15,197 nt of DNA from Fibrobacteria bacterium (GTDB taxonomy: Bacteria > Fibrobacterota > Fibrobacteria > UBA11236), in NCBI GenBank assembly GCA_043732185.1, contig JAYTHY010000027.1, forward strand, positions 1 through 15,197. Direction: 5' to 3'. The notes under the pieces were generated by a model. That model worked only from the letters and a program-made list of their open reading frames with translations. It did not search any database and was not told where the DNA came from. Position numbers and translations under genes: made by a program. Shown piece by piece: positions 7,556 to 14,142 of the stretch; within the stretch, counting starts at the first letter, position 1; every line of letters begins with the position of its first letter.

Positions 7556-8740
7556 TTAATTTGAAATAAAAAAGTCCTGCGCACTTTCCGCCTCAAAAAG
7601 GCTGGAAAGTGAAACGGAAAGTACATTCTTGGCCAAGGGATAAGTTTCGAGCGCTCTACTTATCACAAAGGTTTTGGGAATATTCAAAGCCGCAATTGCG
7701 TTTAAAAATGGTTTTGTGATTTCCGGAGTTTTTCCTGCCTTCAGTTCCAATGCAAGTCGTTTTGTTCCACGCTCCAAGACCAGATCGATTTCGCATCCAT
7801 TTGAATCGCGATAAAATGAGGCGTGGACGCTGGGGCGAAGTCTGGAAAGAATGGTTTCCAACGCGTGTCCCTCCCAGGAAGCTCCATAGGCCGGATGACC
7901 AAAAATGTCTTCCATGGTCTCGAGCCCAAGCAAAGTGTGGAGCAAACCGGAATCGCGCAAATACACCTTAGGCGCCTTTATCAGGCGCTTCCCTAGGTTG
8001 CTGGAAAAAGGTGGAAGCAGTCGAACCATAAAGGAACCGGATAATAGGCTGAGCCATGAACGAATTGTCTGGTCGGTCACTCCCAATGAACCGGCCAACT
8101 TTGAATAATTGACTAACTGGCCGTGCCAGTGGGCGCACATTTTCCATAACCGTTCAATGGACTGGGTGGAAAAACCAGGCGCCAAAGCAGGCACGTCCAT
8201 TTCCAAAAAGGTTTTCACAAAATTTTGACGCCATTCCATGCTGTCCAGATCGGATCGGGCTTGGAAGCTTTTAGGAAAACCTCCACGCAGCCACAATCGC
8301 TGCTGCGATGCCTCTGAGGGTGGGACTTCAAAGTTCAAAAACGGGGTCAATTCCAGATAAGCGATCCTTCCAGCCAAGGATTCGGAGCTTTGCCTAAGTA
8401 GATCTCGCGAAGCCGAACCCAAAACCAAAAACTGTCCGGACCCTCGGCCACTATCCACAATCGCCCGTAGAATTGGAAACAGTTCTGGAACCCTTTGGAT
8501 TTCGTCCAAGCACACCAAGTCCCCACGATGACTGGAGAAATAGGCTTCAGCATCTTGGAGCTTGGCCCGGTCGGAAGGGCGCTCAAGGTCAAGATAGGCG
8601 ACTCGCCCCATTCGGCTCAGAACCTTTTTCGCCAAAGTCGATTTCCCACATTGGCGCGGACCAAGTAACACGACCACCGGGTACTTGGAGAGGGCGTCCT
8701 GAACTTTCTTTTCCAAATATCGAGGGAAATATTTATGCAT
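7556..8740 (-). CDS. AAA_14-family ATPase with DUF4143 (winged-HTH + PD-(D/E)XK-like) C-terminus, about 394 aa
   Basis: Walker A GPRQCGKST, Walker B VCLDEIQ, LVLGSAS, SESLAGR, RGGFP, KRLIKAPKVYLRDSGLL, FYRD..G.EIDLVLE...ALELK. Start placed at ATG 8740 (alternative 8767) because of a -10 box 6 nt upstream. Confidence 0.92.
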   Translation of the reverse strand: MHKYFPRYLEKKVQDALSKYPVVVLLGPRQCGKSTLAKKVLSRMGRVAYLDLERPSDRAKLQDAEAYFSSHRGDLVCLDEIQRVPELFPILRAIVDSGRGSGQFLVLGSASRDLLRQSSESLAGRIAYLELTPFLNFEVPPSEASQQRLWLRGGFPKSFQARSDLDSMEWRQNFVKTFLEMDVPALAPGFSTQSIERLWKMCAHWHGQLVNYSKLAGSLGVTDQTIRSWLSLLSGSFMVRLLPPFSSNLGKRLIKAPKVYLRDSGLLHTLLGLETMEDIFGHPAYGASWEGHALETILSRLRPSVHASFYRDSNGCEIDLVLERGTKRLALELKAGKTPEITKPFLNAIAALNIPKTFVISRALETYPLAKNVLSVSLSSLFEAESAQDFFISN

Positions 8741-8775
8741 ATTCGAAGTATAACTCTGAATATACATAATTTAAA
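8733..8775 (-). promoter_or_regulatory. Promoter of the ATPase gene embedded in a 37-bp imperfect palindrome (putative operator)
   Basis: Minus strand: TTTAAA (8775-8770), N17, TATACT (8752-8747), N6, ATG (8740). Arms TTATGCATATTC (8733-8744) and GAATATACATAA (8758-8769) match 11 of 12, with inner AGT-ATA-ACT symmetry. Confidence 0.55.
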
Positions 8776-8902
8776 GGTCATTGTTTACAGAATAACTGTA
8801 GCATTAGTCCAGCTAGAAAATTGCCAGATATGCAAGAATTAGGCAAATTGCTGCACTCATTTTGGAGCAGCAAAGCTCGTCAAAAGTATTAGACTCGCAA
8901 CC

Positions 8903-10888
8903 ATGCACGACAGTAAAACCTATAGGCACGACATTGACGGACTAAGGGCCTTGGCAGTTCTTTCCGTTATAGTATTCCATTCTTTCCCAACCCTGCACTT
9001 TAACGGGTTTGTCGGCGTGGACATGTTTTTTGTCATCTCCGGTTTTTTGATAACCAAAAATATCGCCGGGGAAATGCTGTCCGGCCATTTCTCAATCATG
9101 AATTTCTATTTGCGAAGAATAAAAAGAATCTTACCGGTTTTTTATACCATCACGGTAGTGGTCCTTATATTCAGTATTTTGATTATGCTTCCGGAGGACC
9201 TAAAATCCGTTGGGAAATCAACCTTTGCGGCCATTTTTTCTGCATCCAACATTTATTTCTGGAACAGTACCGATAACAATTATTTTGCGAAAACCAGTGA
9301 ACTGTATCCAATGTTGCACACATGGTCATTGGGAGTAGAAGAACAGTTTTATTTTGTATGGCCGCTTATTCTGTCGCTGCTACTCAAGCTGAATATGCTA
9401 AAACGCGGTGCCCTGATTTCAGCCGTCCTTGCCATTGCATCGTACGCTTTTGCACAATGGGCTCTGTCCTATGATGCTTCTTTCGCATATTATATGCTAC
9501 CCTCTCGGGCTGGAGAGCTGCTCACCGGTTCCATCATTTCATTCGTTACCATGAAGTGGAAAGCGCCTGCAAGGAACGGCGTACTATTCGAAATCCTGTC
9601 CATTGCCGGACTGCTATTGATCCTCGCTTCCTTTTTGGTCAAAAGTTTTGGCGCACCTTTTCCCGGACTAAACGCCCTCTACCCATGCGTAGGGACGGCA
9701 TTGATCCTGTACGCAGGCACGTATCAAAGCACTTGGGTGGCAAAGCTGCTTTCACTAAAGCCTCTGGCTTTCGTCGGGCTTATTTCCTATTCATTGTACT
9801 TATGGCATTGGCCTGTATTGGCTTTTCTAAAATACCTCTTGGTAGTCCTGACCTTGCCATGGCTGATTTTAGCCCTCGTCATTATTTTTACGCTTTCCAT
9901 CTGCAGTTGGAAATGGATTGAAAATCCTTTCAGGAAAATGAAGCTTCGGACGGGGCAGGTATTTGCCTTTTACCTCGCGTTGCCATGCCTCTTAATAGGT
10001 GGCACATCGATTTACCTCTATGAAACCGATGGACTCTTTCACTTTATTTCATCCTCAAGGCAATATAAAGACGCTGCGGCGGTCTATTCAGAAAATACCA
10101 GCCCGGCCTATAATCAACATGGAGTTTGCCAATCGGAAAAATACCTAGCTCAGAAATTTACGGATAAAAAATGCATAATGGGTAACCAGGTTGAGAGAGG
10201 GCTTGGAAATGAAGAACCCAAAATCCTTTTATGGGGCGACTCCCACGCCTCTCATTTTGTCGGATTTTTCGAGGCCATTACCAAGGGCCAGAATCTTCCC
10301 ATCCGTAATATTGAATTGGGAGGTTGTCCGCCCGTCTTCAAAAACCAGATCGAATATGGGAAAACGCGAGACAAGCCAAGTTGCACAGATTTTAGGAAAA
10401 AAGTCCAAGACTTGGTTCCAAATTATGAGTGCATGATACTCGGGGGAATATGGAGCGAATACTCCAATGACCCACTCTTTATTTCGGATTTGGAGGAAAC
10501 GATAAATGAAATCCTGAATAAAGGGAAAAAGGCAGTCCTGCTATTACAAGTACCGGCTTTTCCGACCTATGCCAGAAATTGCTTACTTAGAAATAACCGT
10601 GCCTTCGCCATGGACTGCATCGGCCATGCAAAATATGAAGATAAGGGTGATTCAAAAACGAATTCAAATATCAGGTCCAGATTAGGAGAACGGAAAAATC
10701 TTTTTTACCTAAATATACACGACCTCATATGCGAGCGCGGTGCCTGCTCTCCCTATGCTGATGGAGTTCCCGTGTACTATGACCCTTCCCACCTTAGCGC
10801 GATCGGCTCCGGCATATTGGGCTCAAAATTCCTGTCGACGCAGGAAAGTGAAACCTTGATCCACTTTCTTAAAAAAGAGTCCCAGTGA
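8903..10888 (+). CDS. O-acyltransferase, acyltransferase-3 membrane domain fused to SGNH domain (OafA/OatA-like), 661 aa
   Basis: YRHDIDGLRALAV..V..FH, GVDMFFVISGFLI, FY.RRIKRILP, HTWSLGVEEQFY, G.ISYSLYLWHWP, IENPFR. The C-terminal part has WGDSHA, DPSHL (DxxH) and several Cys. Confidence 0.93.
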   Translation: MHDSKTYRHDIDGLRALAVLSVIVFHSFPTLHFNGFVGVDMFFVISGFLITKNIAGEMLSGHFSIMNFYLRRIKRILPVFYTITVVVLIFSILIMLPEDLKSVGKSTFAAIFSASNIYFWNSTDNNYFAKTSELYPMLHTWSLGVEEQFYFVWPLILSLLLKLNMLKRGALISAVLAIASYAFAQWALSYDASFAYYMLPSRAGELLTGSIISFVTMKWKAPARNGVLFEILSIAGLLLILASFLVKSFGAPFPGLNALYPCVGTALILYAGTYQSTWVAKLLSLKPLAFVGLISYSLYLWHWPVLAFLKYLLVVLTLPWLILALVIIFTLSICSWKWIENPFRKMKLRTGQVFAFYLALPCLLIGGTSIYLYETDGLFHFISSSRQYKDAAAVYSENTSPAYNQHGVCQSEKYLAQKFTDKKCIMGNQVERGLGNEEPKILLWGDSHASHFVGFFEAITKGQNLPIRNIELGGCPPVFKNQIEYGKTRDKPSCTDFRKKVQDLVPNYECMILGGIWSEYSNDPLFISDLEETINEILNKGKKAVLLLQVPAFPTYARNCLLRNNRAFAMDCIGHAKYEDKGDSKTNSNIRSRLGERKNLFYLNIHDLICERGACSPYADGVPVYYDPSHLSAIGSGILGSKFLSTQESETLIHFLKKESQ

Positions 10889-11898
10889 GAGATGGCAAAG
10901 TGGACATCCTGAGATGCATTGGATTGGCAATGATCATACTTGCCCATTCTGGACCTCCAGCCCTTCTTTTTAACCTCAGAAATTTTGACGTGCCGCTTAT
11001 GATGCTTGTATCTGGCGCTTCATTCAGCTTGTCGTACCGGGGTGAGCCATACTTTTCGTATCTATGGAAAAGAATCAAACGCCTCATTTTCCCAGTATGG
11101 ATTTTTCTGACGGTGTACTTTTTGGCCATGTTTACCGTACACGTACCCGCACCCCTGCCCTCGTCCAAAACAATTTTGCTCACCTACTTCCTAGTATCGG
11201 GAATCGGATATGTATGGATCATCCGGGTTTTCATTTTGGTTGCCGCCATATCGCCGCTAATATTTGTCTACTGCACAAAAGTGAAATCGAATGCTCGCTA
11301 TTTTACTGTGCTTGGCATCATTTATCTGATTTATGAAATCATTCTGTTTTTAAGCAAGCCCTATGTGCATTCCATTGCAGGAATTTGTTTCGAAAGCATT
11401 GTGCTGTACTTGATTCCTTTCGCAGTTGTTTTCGCAATTGGATTGCGCTTGCATCTATTAAGTAGAAAGCAAATTTTATTTCTAGGCTTCGGCACTTTTG
11501 GAATATTTTCCGCGATAATGCTTTTTCAATTTGTCACACAAGGGCAGGTCTTGGCCACGCAGCAATTCAAATATCCTCCGTCCCTGTATTATCTAGCCTA
11601 CGCCATATCGATAGGTTGCTTTCTCTGGTTGGCTGCAGGAAAAGTTGAAATATTCATCCATCGCATCAGAATAGATAAGGTTATCTCTTTCGTTTCGCAA
11701 AACAGCATTTGGATTTACCTATGGCACATCCCCATTGTCGAATCGTTCCACAAAGCGTTTTATATAACCTACCCGGTTGCATTCGCTTTGGCAGGTCTCA
11801 TAACCTATGCTCAGGTTTCTTGTGTGAAGCGGCTGCTCCTACCCCGAATCACAAATGCGGCCTTAAAGAAAAACCTTCATTCCATGTTCACCGGCTAA
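10885..11898 (+). CDS. Stand-alone acyltransferase-3 family membrane protein, 337 aa
   Basis: RD..VDILR.IG..MIILAH, F.VPLM..VSG, Y..KRIKRL..P, KYPP, SIWIYLWH, with multiple hydrophobic segments. GTGA overlap with the upstream gene. Confidence 0.85.
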   Translation: MRDGKVDILRCIGLAMIILAHSGPPALLFNLRNFDVPLMMLVSGASFSLSYRGEPYFSYLWKRIKRLIFPVWIFLTVYFLAMFTVHVPAPLPSSKTILLTYFLVSGIGYVWIIRVFILVAAISPLIFVYCTKVKSNARYFTVLGIIYLIYEIILFLSKPYVHSIAGICFESIVLYLIPFAVVFAIGLRLHLLSRKQILFLGFGTFGIFSAIMLFQFVTQGQVLATQQFKYPPSLYYLAYAISIGCFLWLAAGKVEIFIHRIRIDKVISFVSQNSIWIYLWHIPIVESFHKAFYITYPVAFALAGLITYAQVSCVKRLLLPRITNAALKKNLHSMFTG

Positions 11899-11985
11899 TC
11901 CGCAGCCTCAGTTAATGAGCATCGGCAATCCCAAAACTCCGATATGGGTTGATTGCCAAAAAACCCATAAATTGGCAAATTCTAA

Positions 11986-12840
11986 ATGAGTATGCCAATT
12001 GATTTCAAAGAAAACGGCGGAAGAACTGTCGCTCAATTGACTCAGCAATTTGAGGTTGAAAAACGTTTGGCGGCAAAGCTCAAAGCGGCTACCAAGGAAG
12101 AGCGGAAGTCCCTTTATGGTTCCGTCTATGATGAACTTTTTCGAAGTGTCCCTCACCATCCTCAATTGACGCGTAAAGCGAATGCGGAGCGTGAATTAAA
12201 GCATGGACTCGTTTTTGGTTTAGCCAGTCTCTTGGCTAAGTTTGCGAAAAAAGAATCGACTTTTTTGGAAATCGGTGCCGGTGATTGCGCATTAACCCTC
12301 CATGTAGCGAGTCAATTCAAGTGGGCTTACGCGCTTGATGTGTCCGAACAAATCACCAAAAATGATGCGACTCCCGAAAACTTCCAGCTCATTCTTTCCG
12401 ATGGATGTAGCGTTCCCGTGCCACCCGGTTCTGTGGATTTGGCCTTTAGCCATCAATTGGTGGAGCATTTGCATCCTGACGACGCCAATGAACAACTCAG
12501 GAATGTGCATAAGGCATTGGCAAGCAAGGGAATGTATGTCTGTATTACTCCAAGTAGCTTTTCGGGTCCACATGATATTTCCAAATATTTCGTGGATGAG
12601 CCCTGCGGGTTTCATTTAAAGGAGTATTCTACTGGGGAGCTGGTCACGCTCTTTTCGTCGGCAGGATTCAGTCGCTTCGCAGTTTTTTTCTGGTCCAAAG
12701 GCATTTTGCTGAAAATGCCAGCTGGCCCGGTCCTTTTACTTGAGAAAATTCTTTCTCTTTTTCCGCGACCTCTTCAAAGAAAGCTGGTTGAAGGCTACCC
12801 CTTAAATCGGTTGCTCGGTAATTTCATCGCCTGGAAGTAA
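11986..12840 (+). CDS. Class I SAM-dependent methyltransferase, 284 aa
   Basis: FLEIGAGDC (motif I), YALDVS, SVDLAFS.QLVEHL.P, V.KAL..KG. It has a helical charged N-terminal extension of about 90 aa. Confidence 0.88.
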   Translation: MSMPIDFKENGGRTVAQLTQQFEVEKRLAAKLKAATKEERKSLYGSVYDELFRSVPHHPQLTRKANAERELKHGLVFGLASLLAKFAKKESTFLEIGAGDCALTLHVASQFKWAYALDVSEQITKNDATPENFQLILSDGCSVPVPPGSVDLAFSHQLVEHLHPDDANEQLRNVHKALASKGMYVCITPSSFSGPHDISKYFVDEPCGFHLKEYSTGELVTLFSSAGFSRFAVFFWSKGILLKMPAGPVLLLEKILSLFPRPLQRKLVEGYPLNRLLGNFIAWK

Positions 12841-14077
12841 CTGAAGTCTTACGAGTATAGACCGCTTGGAGTCCGGCACCTGTAGCTAAAATTGCCCATA
12901 AGTATTCCCAAAAGGGCTGGCTCAGGAAAGATAGGGCTACACAAATTCCAACTATAGAAGCCATCAAGGCTAATGCCACATTGCAAGTTTGCATATCTCC
13001 CAGCTTCGCGGCCCTGTTGCTCAGCATTTTCAATTGTACCAGTTGTGTTCCGATAATAATCACGAAAATAATCAAACCCGGAAACCCGAGTTCGACGCCG
13101 CATTTAAGCCAAACATCATGGGGGTTGTGCGCGTCATCCGTATACGCATCGCATCCTTCCAACCAGCAATAAGGGCCCATGCCAAAAATGGGATTGTCCT
13201 GCATGCCATGCCATGCGGCCGTCATCAGGGACATACGGTTTTGTGCTGAGGCTTCGGTTTGGGTAGAACCCATTTCGATGGTTTCCATGCGCTCGTAAAA
13301 ACTGCTCGGAGCGAAATAAAGCGCCAAACTCACGAATACACCAATGACCAAAGTCTCGCGAATTTTTTTCCGGGAGAGAAAAACAATGTAAAAGAGAACC
13401 AGTACCGCCAGTGCCACAGCTGCGCCTCGCGATTGTGAAAAGGCAATAGATGAAAGCGAAACCAGAAATAGCAAAACCAGTCCGGCTCGCCCCAGAAATT
13501 TAAAGCGCCATCTGTAGTTGAAAATAAAGTAAAGGCAAAAGGGGAGATAGCCTACGGTCGCTGCGGCAACCTCATTGTTATCGCCCATCTGCCCACCTTC
13601 AATATTGAGAAAGGGATAGGCTCCGTGTATGGGCCCCAAAACACCGGCAGCTGCTGCCCATAACCCAACTGAGAACATTAGTGTGGCCATTATCAGTTCC
13701 GCATCGCGCCTTGAAGCAACCATGGTCGAAATAAATAAAAGGGGGATCAAATATTTTAAAACTTTGACAAAGCCGGGCATGGCGGAAACATAAGGTGACA
13801 CTAAAGTGCAGACCAAAATCCAAAGCAAAAAAAGCACCGTTTGAAAGATGAAGACGTTAAGGATTGGGTGGAGATTGCCCCGGAACAGATGGTAGAAATA
13901 GGAAATGGCTAAAAGCGCGATGGTATACATGGCTAGTGGGATTTCCCCAAAGTGGAAAGCGAAGGAAAGGGGCTGGAAAATATCCTGCCAGAGCAGGAGA
14001 CACACCGCATAGATAGGTGAAAAGAAAGACAAAACAGAGCCAGCCATGATAGCGATGAGGACGAGCAGGTATCTCAT
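12824..14077 (-). CDS. O-antigen ligase / Wzy_C-like integral membrane protein, about 417 aa; resembles the exosortase A-associated putative O-glycosylation ligase
   Basis: Many TM segments; GDNNE, SQSRGA, ER..TI......SA..R, DNPIFGMG, PHDVWL..GVELGFPGL. Start moved from 14170 to ATG 14077 (MRYLLVLI), since the longer ORF would overlap the divergent GT4. Confidence 0.85.
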   Translation of the reverse strand: MRYLLVLIAIMAGSVLSFFSPIYAVCLLLWQDIFQPLSFAFHFGEIPLAMYTIALLAISYFYHLFRGNLHPILNVFIFQTVLFLLWILVCTLVSPYVSAMPGFVKVLKYLIPLLFISTMVASRRDAELIMATLMFSVGLWAAAAGVLGPIHGAYPFLNIEGGQMGDNNEVAAATVGYLPFCLYFIFNYRWRFKFLGRAGLVLLFLVSLSSIAFSQSRGAAVALAVLVLFYIVFLSRKKIRETLVIGVFVSLALYFAPSSFYERMETIEMGSTQTEASAQNRMSLMTAAWHGMQDNPIFGMGPYCWLEGCDAYTDDAHNPHDVWLKCGVELGFPGLIIFVIIIGTQLVQLKMLSNRAAKLGDMQTCNVALALMASIVGICVALSFLSQPFWEYLWAILATGAGLQAVYTRKTSVTSRR

Positions 14078-14142
14078 GGGACTAAAATGTATAGAAAAAC
14101 CGAACCCTGCAAAGCCAGGGCGGATGGATCTATTTTGAAGCC

